Positions 1 to 8,525 of a DNA stretch of 64,000 bases are shown here, piece after piece. A model generated the notes under the pieces. The model was not told where the DNA came from and made no database searches. It saw only the letters and a program-made list of their open reading frames with translations. The translations under genes were made by a program, and so were the position numbers. Position 1 is the first letter of the stretch, and each line of letters begins with the position of its first letter. The stretch spans positions 15,520-79,519 of the IMG/VR virus record IMGVR_UViG_3300023179_006341; one strand, given 5' to 3'. This stretch comes from a virus.

Positions 1-21
1 TAATTTAATTGAGCCTAAAAA

Positions 22-171
22 ATGAATAACATTTCTAAAGATAATTTATTTATTGGTGTGTTTGTAGCATCATTAGTGTTGATAGGTATATTTTTTGATA
101 TTGGAGAAACATGCATGATAGGATGGAACCCAATGTTAGGTGAATGTTCTGATATTGTTAAACCTAAATAA
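22..171 (+). CDS. small membrane protein (49 aa)
   Basis: Read by hand: MNNISKDNLFIGVFVASLVLIGIFFDIG...KPK*; one hydrophobic stretch. Confidence 0.55.
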   Translation: MNNISKDNLFIGVFVASLVLIGIFFDIGETCMIGWNPMLGECSDIVKPK

Positions 172-175
172 CGTG

Positions 176-268
176 ATGGATTGGTACACACTAGGTTTAC
201 TTTTGTTTGTATGTATTGCAGTGTGGATTATAGAAGATATAATTTTACCAAAGTATCAAAATAAATAA
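176..268 (+). CDS. small membrane peptide (30 aa)
   Basis: MDWYTLGLLLFVCIAVWIIEDIILPKYQNK*, follows the previous ORF directly. Confidence 0.5.
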   Translation: MDWYTLGLLLFVCIAVWIIEDIILPKYQNK

Positions 269-336
269 TAGTATTGTTGTATGAAGTTGATGGAAAAGTG
301 CTGCGGACGAGGGTTCGAATCCCTCCCACTCCACCA
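268..336 (+). ncRNA. ssrA: two-piece (permuted) tmRNA, acceptor piece
   Basis: GGAC-GAGGG-TTCGAAT-CCCTC T-arm then CCACTCC-A-CCA ending at 336; 5' boundary approximate. Confidence 0.9.
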
Positions 337-348
337 TAAATAGATTGA

Positions 349-450
349 ATGACTGAAGAAGAGATTAATAAAAGAAATTTTAAAATTAATGTTGTAATAA
401 TTTTATTAGTTTATGTAATAGGTATTACTGTTAATATAGTCTTTTTATGA
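349..450 (+). CDS. 33-aa hydrophobic peptide inside the tmRNA intervening segment
   Basis: MTEEEINKRNFKINVVIILLVYVIGITVNIVFL*; preceded by CATAAATA (335-342). Confidence 0.5.
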   Translation: MTEEEINKRNFKINVVIILLVYVIGITVNIVFL

Positions 451-451
451 T

Positions 452-640
452 GGGGTGGTATTAGGTTTCGACGGGGTAACAAGTACGGATATGGACAACA
501 CGATAGGCGAAGAACGTAATTCTAGCAAATCAAATAATCGCAAATGACGATTACTTTGGAGAAGTTCGCTTAGCTGCGTAACCTCCACGAGGTAGGAAAG
601 ACCTTGTAACCAAACTACCTAGGGGCATTTGTGCCCCTAT
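452..640 (+). ncRNA. ssrA: two-piece (permuted) tmRNA, coding piece; tag (A)ANDDYFGEVRLAA at 540-581
   Basis: 5' GGGGTGG pairs with CCACTCC (326-332) including the G3:U70 alanine determinant; GGTTTCGAC D-loop-like motif; tag frame ends LAA-stop. Confidence 0.92.
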
Positions 641-646
641 TTTTTT
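620..646 (+). terminator. intrinsic terminator
   Basis: TAGGGGCA-TTTG-TGCCCCTA followed by T-run. Confidence 0.75.
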
Positions 647-653
647 ATAAATA
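646..653 (+). promoter_or_regulatory. T4-type late promoter TATAAATA
   Basis: Exact motif; also at 1787, 2793, 20630 and 30116, with NATAAATA variants before many late genes. Confidence 0.75.
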
Positions 654-672
654 TCTTATAAGGGAGATATTT

Positions 673-1098
673 ATGTACATATATCGTTGTAGAATAAACA
701 AGGTTGTAGATGGTGATACGGTTGAAATTGATTTAGATTTAGGTTTTAACATCATTTTAGCTAATCAAAAAGTTCGTATGGCAGGTATAGATACCCCTGA
801 AAGTAGAACATCTATTGCTGAAGAAAAAGTACGTGGTATGCTATCAAAGAAAAAATTAGCAGAAAAGTTGCCTGTAGGTAGTTGGCAAAGCATACAAACA
901 ATGAAAGCTGACAATAATGATGATAAATTCGGACGCATACTTGGTGTATTCATTATGGAAGATGGTTCTAGTTTAAATCAATGGATGATTGATAATAACT
1001 ATGCTGTACTGTATCAAGGTGAAAATAAAGAATTAGTACAAGAAGGTCATCGTTACAATAAACAAAAGTTGATTGAGCGTGGTGAGCTAAAAGCATAA
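673..1098 (+). CDS. thermonuclease (SNase) family nuclease
   Basis: VVDGDT, VRMAGIDTPE and KFGRIL motifs; start set at the ATG after the GGAG RBS. Confidence 0.85.
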   Translation: MYIYRCRINKVVDGDTVEIDLDLGFNIILANQKVRMAGIDTPESRTSIAEEKVRGMLSKKKLAEKLPVGSWQSIQTMKADNNDDKFGRILGVFIMEDGSSLNQWMIDNNYAVLYQGENKELVQEGHRYNKQKLIERGELKA

Positions 1099-1108
1099 AT
1101 ACATAATC

Positions 1109-1762
1109 ATGCTTACAAGAGAGTTCATTCAAGAAGGTGTCAACGATCCTAATATTTTTAAAGCTGTGTTTATGGCAGGTGGGCCTGGCTCAGGTAAGAG
1201 TTTTGTCGCACGTCAGTTAGGATTACAAGCAGCAGGGTTACGCACCATCAATAGTGATGATGCATTTGAGTACCTACTAAGAAAACATCAACTTGACCCT
1301 AAAATGCCACCTGAAGAACAGGAAAAACGTGATATTATTAGACAACGTGCTAAAGATATTACTTCTACTAAACGATCACTTGCCATACAGGGTCGTTTAG
1401 GATTAATCATAGATGGTACTGCTAAAAATCCCGAAAAGACAGCATCAGTTAAACAAGGATTAGAAGCACTAGGTTATGACACCATGATGATATTTGTTAA
1501 TACAAGTTTACCTGTTGCTTTAGAGCGCAATCGTATGAGAGCAAGAAGCGTACCTAATGAAGTTGTAAAAAAAGCACATGAAGAAGTTCAACTAGGCAAA
1601 GAAGGATTAGAAAAAGTTTTTGGTAGCAGTTTTGTACAAGTTTTAAATGATATGGAACCTGATTTTAAACCTGCATACAAAAAATTACAATCATTTTTAA
1701 GAAAACCATTATCACCAAATGCCCAAGAATGGGTAAACATGCATACACAGCCCAAAAAATAG
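1109..1762 (+). CDS. P-loop kinase (zeta-toxin/AAA_33-like) with capsid-targeting-like N-terminus
   Basis: GGPGSGKS Walker A, IIDGT, RNxxR lid; N-terminus MLTREFIQE. Confidence 0.75.
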   Translation: MLTREFIQEGVNDPNIFKAVFMAGGPGSGKSFVARQLGLQAAGLRTINSDDAFEYLLRKHQLDPKMPPEEQEKRDIIRQRAKDITSTKRSLAIQGRLGLIIDGTAKNPEKTASVKQGLEALGYDTMMIFVNTSLPVALERNRMRARSVPNEVVKKAHEEVQLGKEGLEKVFGSSFVQVLNDMEPDFKPAYKKLQSFLRKPLSPNAQEWVNMHTQPKK

Positions 1763-1827
1763 TAATTTTTTTGTGCAGTTGCAAAATATAAATATTAGCT
1801 TATGTAAGTTTATTATAAGGAACTATT

Positions 1828-2730
1828 ATGACAATTACTACAAAATTAACCATTGCTGACAAAGCTGTGGATACAACTTACCAAGATGTAACAGGAACGA
1901 CAAGTGGTGCAGGTACAGGGGCAAAATTCGATGTAACCAAAACCAATGGTGTATATACAGTAAAATTAGATTCTGCAACAGCAAGTTCAGGAACAGGTTA
2001 TGTAGCAGGTGATACTATCACTATCCCAGGCGCAACCCTTGGGGGCACATCAACTAATAACTTGATTGTAACGGTAGCTACCGTAGGAACAAGTGGTAAA
2101 ATTGCAACATTTGGTGCAGTTGGAACAGGACGTGTAGGTGATGGTGACATTGATGTAATGTTTGAAGTAACAGGAAGCAATGCCAAAGCTGAAGTATATG
2201 CACTAACAGGCAAAAAAGCTGACTTTAGTGTTACAGTTGGTGAGACAGGTGTTGTTACTGTAACACATCCTGATCTTGACAATGTTGAACTCACTATGAA
2301 AGACATTGAACGTCTATCATTTACAGACTCATCGATTGCTTTTGATGTAAAAGGTAGTGCAGGTGAAGTATACGCTTTATTATGCGCAGCACTTGGTAAA
2401 AATGATGTTACTCCTGCTTTAGTTGGTAAATATCTTAAGTTGGCTGATTCAGGTATGACAGATACACAGATAGCTGCTGAAATACTTTCCTCAAAAGACT
2501 ATGAACTAGATGCATTAGGTTTAGGTAACGAAACCTTTGTTAAACAAGTATGGAAAAATGTTACAGGTGAATTGCCTAGCTTAGAAAATCTAAGAGCATT
2601 TACTAAAGTTTTAGATGATAAAGTTTATTCTAAAGCAGAATTACTTGAAGCTGCTTCTAACTTAACAGTTTTCCGTGATGAAGATCATATTGACTTAGTT
2701 GGTATGACAAAAATTGATTTTATCCCCTAA
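1828..2730 (+). CDS. Gly/Thr-rich surface-type protein with C-terminal DUF4214-like domain
   Basis: GTGY-x-GD-x-I repeats; IERLSFTD..AFD..AGEVYAL and FVKQVWKNV resemble DUF4214/S-layer C-termini. Confidence 0.6.
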   Translation: MTITTKLTIADKAVDTTYQDVTGTTSGAGTGAKFDVTKTNGVYTVKLDSATASSGTGYVAGDTITIPGATLGGTSTNNLIVTVATVGTSGKIATFGAVGTGRVGDGDIDVMFEVTGSNAKAEVYALTGKKADFSVTVGETGVVTVTHPDLDNVELTMKDIERLSFTDSSIAFDVKGSAGEVYALLCAALGKNDVTPALVGKYLKLADSGMTDTQIAAEILSSKDYELDALGLGNETFVKQVWKNVTGELPSLENLRAFTKVLDDKVYSKAELLEAASNLTVFRDEDHIDLVGMTKIDFIP

Positions 2731-2754
2731 AAATTTTGGATAAAATCAATTCCC

Positions 2755-2782
2755 AAAAGGGTAGTGTTTACTACCCTTTTTT
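2755..2782 (+). terminator. intrinsic terminator
   Basis: AAAAGGGTAGT-GTTT-ACTACCCTTTTTT. Confidence 0.8.
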
Positions 2783-2859
2783 ATTGTAACAATATAAATA
2801 GTATGTAAATATTACGTCCTAGACAAAAATTTTATTCACACACACAAGGAGAAAATAAA

Positions 2860-3393
2860 ATGAAAACAGTAGGTGATCGATTAGAATCCTTTACAATAAC
2901 AGGTGTAAACCCAAGTAGTGATCAGTTTTTTGATATTACTGAAAAGTCATACGCAGGAAAATGGAAAATTATCGTATACTATCCAAAATCTTTTACTTTT
3001 GTTTGTCCTACAGAGATTGTTGGATATGACAAATTATATCAAGATTTTGAAGATCGTGATACAGTTCTTCTTACAGGATCCACAGATAATGAATTTTGTG
3101 TACTAGCTTGGCAAAATAGTCATTCAGATTTAAAAAAAATTAGACATACTCAATTTGCTGATACACAAAGGGGCAACTTAAGTTTAGTCGAACAACTAGG
3201 AATATTTTACGCTCCCGCAGGAGCACCACTTAGAGCAACATTTATTATTGATCCTGACAATGTAATTCAACATGTTACAGTAAATAACTTAAATGTTGGT
3301 CGTAGTCCTGAAGAAACATTACGAATTTTAGATGGATGCCAAACCAATGAACTTTGCGCTTGCAATCGTGCTGTAGGCGGCGAAACTTTATAA
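2860..3393 (+). CDS. ahpC: peroxiredoxin AhpC
   Basis: FTFVCPTEI peroxidatic motif, RATFIIDP, GRS, C-terminal LCACN. Confidence 0.93.
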   Translation: MKTVGDRLESFTITGVNPSSDQFFDITEKSYAGKWKIIVYYPKSFTFVCPTEIVGYDKLYQDFEDRDTVLLTGSTDNEFCVLAWQNSHSDLKKIRHTQFADTQRGNLSLVEQLGIFYAPAGAPLRATFIIDPDNVIQHVTVNNLNVGRSPEETLRILDGCQTNELCACNRAVGGETL

Positions 3394-3427
3394 ATCAGTA
3401 GGGCAGACATAAATACTCTAAAAAGGA

Positions 3428-4183
3428 GTGTTTATGTCTCAAAGAATACCTTATACATATTATGTCTTTCATAAACCAACAGGTTTAAAATACTATGGTT
3501 CAAAGTATGGAAAAAATGCTGATCCTAATAGTTTTTGGAAACCTAATGGATACTATACTTCTTCAAAAAAAGTTAAAAAGCTTATTTTAGAATATGGAAT
3601 TAATTCATTTAATGCCGAGGTGAGGAAAATTTTTGACAGTCCTGAAAAAGCATTGATTTACGAATACAAATTTTTAAAAAAAGTAAAAGCTTTATCAAAA
3701 GATGATTGGTTAAATGATAATTACGGAGGAGAAAAATTTAGAAATATTGGTCCTGCTAGCGAAAAAACTTTGCAAGCACAAAAAAATAAAAAACAATCAC
3801 CTGAAAGTAATATAAAAAGATCTAATTCTTTAAAAGGCAGAATTATTTCTGATGAAACAAGAAAAAAAATGTCAGAAGTTCAAAAAAATAGATCTGAAGA
3901 AAATGAAATGCTTAGGCGAGACAAAATTAGACAACATGCTTTAGGAAGAAATCAAAGTGAAAAAGTTAAAAAACAATTGTCTCATATAGTTAGTAACACA
4001 AGATGGGTTCATAATGGCAAAATGCAAAAAAAAGTTGGTAAAGATGAGTTACAAATATATATAGATAATGGTTGGCATAATGGTAGAATTTTGTCTATAG
4101 TTACTTGTCCACATTGTGATCAAAGTGGTGTAAAACATAATATAGCTAGAAAACACTTTGATAAATGCCAATCTAAAAAATAG
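3428..4183 (+). CDS. free-standing GIY-YIG homing endonuclease with NUMOD3-like repeats
   Basis: YTY-x10-YYG N-terminal domain; SDETRKKMS repeat; C-terminal CPHC..HFDKC. Confidence 0.75.
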   Translation: MFMSQRIPYTYYVFHKPTGLKYYGSKYGKNADPNSFWKPNGYYTSSKKVKKLILEYGINSFNAEVRKIFDSPEKALIYEYKFLKKVKALSKDDWLNDNYGGEKFRNIGPASEKTLQAQKNKKQSPESNIKRSNSLKGRIISDETRKKMSEVQKNRSEENEMLRRDKIRQHALGRNQSEKVKKQLSHIVSNTRWVHNGKMQKKVGKDELQIYIDNGWHNGRILSIVTCPHCDQSGVKHNIARKHFDKCQSKK

Positions 4184-4199
4184 CAAAGGTTGGTTAATA

Positions 4200-5375
4200 A
4201 TGAGTAATATATTATTGATAATTGCAGCCATGGTTTTTATACCATGGCTGTTTTTAAAGTTAACTAAGCTAGACAAACATATACCACTGCCAATGGCTCA
4301 GATTGCTTTTGGTATATGCTTTGGTCCTAGCGCATTAGGTTCAGCATTTCCTGAATTATGGTCAAACGTTTTTACGCAACCTGTTCGATTTGGTTTAGAC
4401 GCTATACAAATATTAGCGATTAGCGTATTTGCATTTATTGCAGGTATTGAATTAAAACCAAAAGAAATTATTGAACGTGAAGGTCATGCAATATGGAAAC
4501 AAGCATTTCATGTCATACTCATACCTATTCTTTTGGCAGGTTTAAGTTTCATCGTATTTTTTGATGATCCAATTTGGCATAATCCTGATATACCATTTTG
4601 GAAATATGCATGGACAATGGGTGTAGCAACTTGTATTACTGCTATGCCTATGTTGGTAGTTGCATGTAAATCAATGGGTATATGGGGCACACATACTGCT
4701 AAAAAATTGCTAGGATTGGTAACTTTTGATGATTTAGTATTATGGTTGACTGTAGCTGTAATTGTCAGTGTAGGCAAATATGCTGTAAATGCATCTATAT
4801 TTTTTGCAGTATTGGTAGCATTATGGTATCTTTGGCCTAAGATATTACAAGTCGCAGGTGAAAATGCTTATCCAACCTTGACTGTTGCTTTAGCTTTAAT
4901 CATGGCAAGTTTTAGTCATTGGGCAGGATTGCATTATGTTTTAGGTGCATTTTTTGCAGGTATGATTACGCCAAGACATGCTATTAAATGGAATGAAGGC
5001 ATGGAACTTCAACAAATGTATTGGTTGATGCCTGTATTTTTTATTTGGACAGGATTGAAATCACAATGGACATTAGACTTTGAAGTAATCCTTATGGGTG
5101 CATTGGGTATGTTTGTTGTTGCCATAATAACAAAATTTGTAGGTGTATGGTTGGCTTATCGTGAACAAGGTATGCGACTAGTGTGCTTTAAAACTGCACT
5201 ACTTCAAAATAAAGGGTTAATGGAAATATTTTTAGTATCCATGTTATTGAGTGCAGGAATTATTAGTGATAATATGTTTGCTGCGGTGGTTATTATGAGT
5301 TTAATGAGCACTATTGTTGCTGTGCCTTTAGCAAAACTCTTTTACAAACCTGAATACATTGAACACAAAATTTAA
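4200..5375 (+). CDS. cation:proton antiporter (CPA2/KefB-like)
   Basis: Multi-TM; GICFGPS, FIAGIE, FDD, GAFFAG, PVFF, KG motifs. Confidence 0.85.
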   Translation: MSNILLIIAAMVFIPWLFLKLTKLDKHIPLPMAQIAFGICFGPSALGSAFPELWSNVFTQPVRFGLDAIQILAISVFAFIAGIELKPKEIIEREGHAIWKQAFHVILIPILLAGLSFIVFFDDPIWHNPDIPFWKYAWTMGVATCITAMPMLVVACKSMGIWGTHTAKKLLGLVTFDDLVLWLTVAVIVSVGKYAVNASIFFAVLVALWYLWPKILQVAGENAYPTLTVALALIMASFSHWAGLHYVLGAFFAGMITPRHAIKWNEGMELQQMYWLMPVFFIWTGLKSQWTLDFEVILMGALGMFVVAIITKFVGVWLAYREQGMRLVCFKTALLQNKGLMEIFLVSMLLSAGIISDNMFAAVVIMSLMSTIVAVPLAKLFYKPEYIEHKI

Positions 5376-5384
5376 GGAGCTAAT

Positions 5385-5519
5385 ATGTTTAACTATGAAA
5401 CAATTTGGGATGTTTATGAAGTTAAATTCGTAATATTTTTTATTTCAGTTGTTTTAGCTATCGTTCTTACTACTTGGTTATACGATAAGAAAAAAGACAA
5501 GGATGTAGATAATGATTGA
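5385..5519 (+). CDS. small membrane protein (44 aa)
   Basis: AAGGAG RBS; MFNYETIWDVYEVKFVIFFISVVLAIVLTTWLY... Confidence 0.6.
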   Translation: MFNYETIWDVYEVKFVIFFISVVLAIVLTTWLYDKKKDKDVDND

Positions 5520-6201
5520 ATTTTTATGGGCACTTGGTGCTATTATTTTAATTGATGTTGTTTTAGGTGGTGAAAATGCACTAGTGATTGCTATGGCATC
5601 AAAAAATCTACCTGAACATTTGCGCAAACGTGCTATGTTTTGGGGTACTTTTGGTGCAGTAGCTGTACGCTTTGTTTGTGTGGCAGCATTAACTTACCTG
5701 CTGATGATACCTGGGCTAAGGTTGGTGGGTGGATTATTATTAATTTGGATTGCATGGCGACTGACTTCAAATAATAACGATCATACTGATATTAAAGCAT
5801 CTATGACATTTTGGGGTGCTATGGGAACTATTGTCATGGCAGATGCTGTTATGGGACTAGATAATGCTTTAGCTATCGCAGGAGCAGCAGGTGGTAATTG
5901 GACATTAATCATTATTGGGTTGTTAGTCAGTGTTCCAATTATATTGTTTGGTAGCACCATGGTGTCTAAGATTTTAGAAAAATATCCTGATACTATTTTT
6001 ATTGGTGCATTTGTATTATATGCGGTTGCGTTTAAAATGATAACAGGTGAACCATTTGTAGATACTTATATTGACCCTTTACATGATTGGTCAGAATATG
6101 GTTTACCTTATGTATTAGCTTTAGTATTAACATTGAAGCAATACTATAGAACAAGAATTAGAAAAATTAAAGGAGAAAATAACAATGGCACAATGGCTTG
6201 A
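5512..6201 (+). CDS. TerC/YjbE-family integral membrane protein
   Basis: IDVVLGGENALVIA and ADAVMGLDNALAIA motifs. Confidence 0.88.
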   Translation: MIEFLWALGAIILIDVVLGGENALVIAMASKNLPEHLRKRAMFWGTFGAVAVRFVCVAALTYLLMIPGLRLVGGLLLIWIAWRLTSNNNDHTDIKASMTFWGAMGTIVMADAVMGLDNALAIAGAAGGNWTLIIIGLLVSVPIILFGSTMVSKILEKYPDTIFIGAFVLYAVAFKMITGEPFVDTYIDPLHDWSEYGLPYVLALVLTLKQYYRTRIRKIKGENNNGTMA

Positions 6202-6700
6202 AGTATTAAAACAGGGTTTACCTGATTATGCAAAAGATATTCGTTTAAATTTAGATGCAGTAATTTTGCGATCAACACTAGACCCAATAGTGGCTGAAGG
6301 ATGTGCACTAGCAGCAACTGTTGCAACAGGTAATGGTGGTATGGTAGGTAGAATTTATCCTGCTATACAAGATGAAGTCGAACGTAATGCAGCAATGGCA
6401 GCAGCAAGTTTAATGGCTCAAAATAACGTATGGTATCCTTTTGTTGAAATGACAGGTGATGAAAATTTGAAAGGATTACCTGCACAGTTAAGAATGAATG
6501 CTATTACTTCACATGGTGGTACTACTAAAGTACGATTTGAAGCGTATAGTTTATGTGCTAGCATAGTTGGTAAGTGTCATTTTTGTGTAAAGGCACATTA
6601 TGAAACATTGAAAAAAGAAGGATACACTGTTGAACAATTGCGGGATATAGGACGTATTGCAGCAGTCATGACAGCAGTGTGTAAACTTTTGGTGGGTTAG
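6185..6700 (+). CDS. ahpD: alkyl hydroperoxide reductase AhpD
   Basis: LPDYAKDIRLNL, MAQNNVWY, CHFCVKAH. Confidence 0.92.
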   Translation: MAQWLEVLKQGLPDYAKDIRLNLDAVILRSTLDPIVAEGCALAATVATGNGGMVGRIYPAIQDEVERNAAMAAASLMAQNNVWYPFVEMTGDENLKGLPAQLRMNAITSHGGTTKVRFEAYSLCASIVGKCHFCVKAHYETLKKEGYTVEQLRDIGRIAAVMTAVCKLLVG

Positions 6701-6967
6701 GTGGATTATAGATCCTTAAAAGAGTGTGATCATTGTGGTACTAATGTTTCAAAGTATCACCCTGTATGCGCTCAGTGCGGTAGAGATCATTCGGAAGAAT
6801 GGTTGTATATTCCCCCACCACCCCCACCTCCAATTTATCCCGAAGGTTTTAAATTTCATGATATTCCCCCTTATAAACCTGAAATAATTCCTGAATGGTT
6901 ACAAATTGGATTATGTCTTGTGGCAATACCATTTGTTGTTTGGTTTCTTGCTAATCTTATAAATTGA
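6701..6967 (+). CDS. zinc-ribbon, Pro-rich, C-terminal TM protein
   Basis: CxxC-CxxC, poly-Pro, hydrophobic tail. Confidence 0.6.
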   Translation: MDYRSLKECDHCGTNVSKYHPVCAQCGRDHSEEWLYIPPPPPPPIYPEGFKFHDIPPYKPEIIPEWLQIGLCLVAIPFVVWFLANLIN

Positions 6968-6975
6968 AGGATTTT

Positions 6976-8145
6976 ATGAAAATCGCAATTATTGGTGCAG
7001 GTATAGCAGGAATATTACCTGCTTATTATTTGGCAAAACGTGGTCATGATATTACCATTTACGATCAAGAACATTATGCTGCTATGCGCACTAGTTATGC
7101 TAATGGTGGACAAATTAGTGTAAGCAATAGTGAAGTATGGACAACTTGGGCAAATGTTATAAAGGGTTTAAAATGGTTACTTAAAAAAGATGCACCATTA
7201 TTAATTCGTCCCCAACTTGATTATGATCAACTTAAATGGATTGCTAAGTTTTTACACCATACTGCATCTAATGTATATCGCCAAAATACTATTGATACCA
7301 TTACATTAGGCTTAGAAAGCAGAACTTTATATCAAGAAATTATTGATGAAGAAAACATAACTTTTGACCATAGTGCATGTGGTATTCTTCATATTTACAA
7401 AAGTGACAAATATTTTCAACCAACCTATGAGGTCAAAGAATTATATGAATCACATGGTTGTAGTTGGCAAATACTAGACAATGAACAACAACTACTTGAT
7501 ATTGAACCCAACCTGAAATATTTTAAAAATTTAGTTGGTGGTGGATGGACAGCAGAAGATTGGGTGGGGGATATTCATAAATTTTGTAATGAATTGTTAA
7601 AAGTATTAGTATCAAAATATTCAGCTTGCGTAAGTTTTAATAATGAAATAAATGATGCAAGACAATTAACAAGCATTCATGATGCAGTAATTATTGCTGC
7701 GGGTGCAGAAACTACACATTTATCAAAATTATTGGGTGATAGTATTGATGTATACCCTGTAAAAGGTTATAGTATAACAATTAATGATTGTCATATTGAT
7801 GAATTACCCAAAGTAAGTTTACTCGATGATGAATCTAAAATTGTAACTTCAACATTAGGAAATAGGTTAAGAGTGGCAGGTACAGCAGAATTGTGTGGGC
7901 ACAATCGTGATATTACAAGAAGTAGAATTGAACCATTATTAAATTGGGTCAACGAAAATTTCCCACATCTTGATACTAGAAATTATAGTAGTTGGGCATG
8001 TTTGCGTCCTATGACACCAAACATGATGCCTATTGTTTGTGAAAGTAAAGTAAAAAATATTTACTATCATACAGGACATGGGCATTTAGGATGGACAATT
8101 AGTCCTGCAACATCTAAAAAACTTGTTTCTTTGATTGAAAAATGA
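6976..8145 (+). CDS. dadA: D-amino acid dehydrogenase (FAD-dependent)
   Basis: GAGIAG Rossmann motif, TSYANGGQIS, YPVKGYS, CLRPMTP, GHGHLGWT. Confidence 0.88.
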   Translation: MKIAIIGAGIAGILPAYYLAKRGHDITIYDQEHYAAMRTSYANGGQISVSNSEVWTTWANVIKGLKWLLKKDAPLLIRPQLDYDQLKWIAKFLHHTASNVYRQNTIDTITLGLESRTLYQEIIDEENITFDHSACGILHIYKSDKYFQPTYEVKELYESHGCSWQILDNEQQLLDIEPNLKYFKNLVGGGWTAEDWVGDIHKFCNELLKVLVSKYSACVSFNNEINDARQLTSIHDAVIIAAGAETTHLSKLLGDSIDVYPVKGYSITINDCHIDELPKVSLLDDESKIVTSTLGNRLRVAGTAELCGHNRDITRSRIEPLLNWVNENFPHLDTRNYSSWACLRPMTPNMMPIVCESKVKNIYYHTGHGHLGWTISPATSKKLVSLIEK

Positions 8146-8414
8146 TAAATATGTATATGAGCGAAGAATACGACAAGTTTAAACATAGTCGTCGTAGGCA
8201 GCAAAAAGAAAACTATGTTCATAGACAAGCTGATATTTTAAAAGCATATCATCTTGAGCCAAAGAATGGTCAAGAGCATCGTTATGCAAAACATAGTTCA
8301 ATGAACTGTGGTAATCCAAAGTGCATACTATGTTCTAATCCTAGAAAGATTTTTAATGAAAAAAAGATACAAGAGCAACGTCACGAACAGTCAAAATTAT
8401 GGGATGAAGAGTAG
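8142..8414 (+). CDS. basic hypothetical protein with CxxxxCxxC motif
   Basis: CGNPKCILCSNPRK. Confidence 0.6.
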   Translation: MINMYMSEEYDKFKHSRRRQQKENYVHRQADILKAYHLEPKNGQEHRYAKHSSMNCGNPKCILCSNPRKIFNEKKIQEQRHEQSKLWDEE

Positions 8415-8525
8415 TATCTATAGTTATTACGTAGTAAACAAGTTTATTTTCAGATAATTTACATCATAAGTAAATATCTACGCACACATTTTAATGTGTT
8501 TTTTAATTTCTAAGAGGAAAGAAGC

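Noticed and set aside
300-336. tRNA gene or attP-like tRNA fragment
   Set aside because: No D or anticodon arm upstream; its acceptor partner is downstream at 452 with a tag frame, so it is a permuted tmRNA
5376-5511. yybP-ykoY Mn riboswitch upstream of the TerC-family gene
   Set aside because: Region is occupied by a small ORF with a good RBS and shows no such structure
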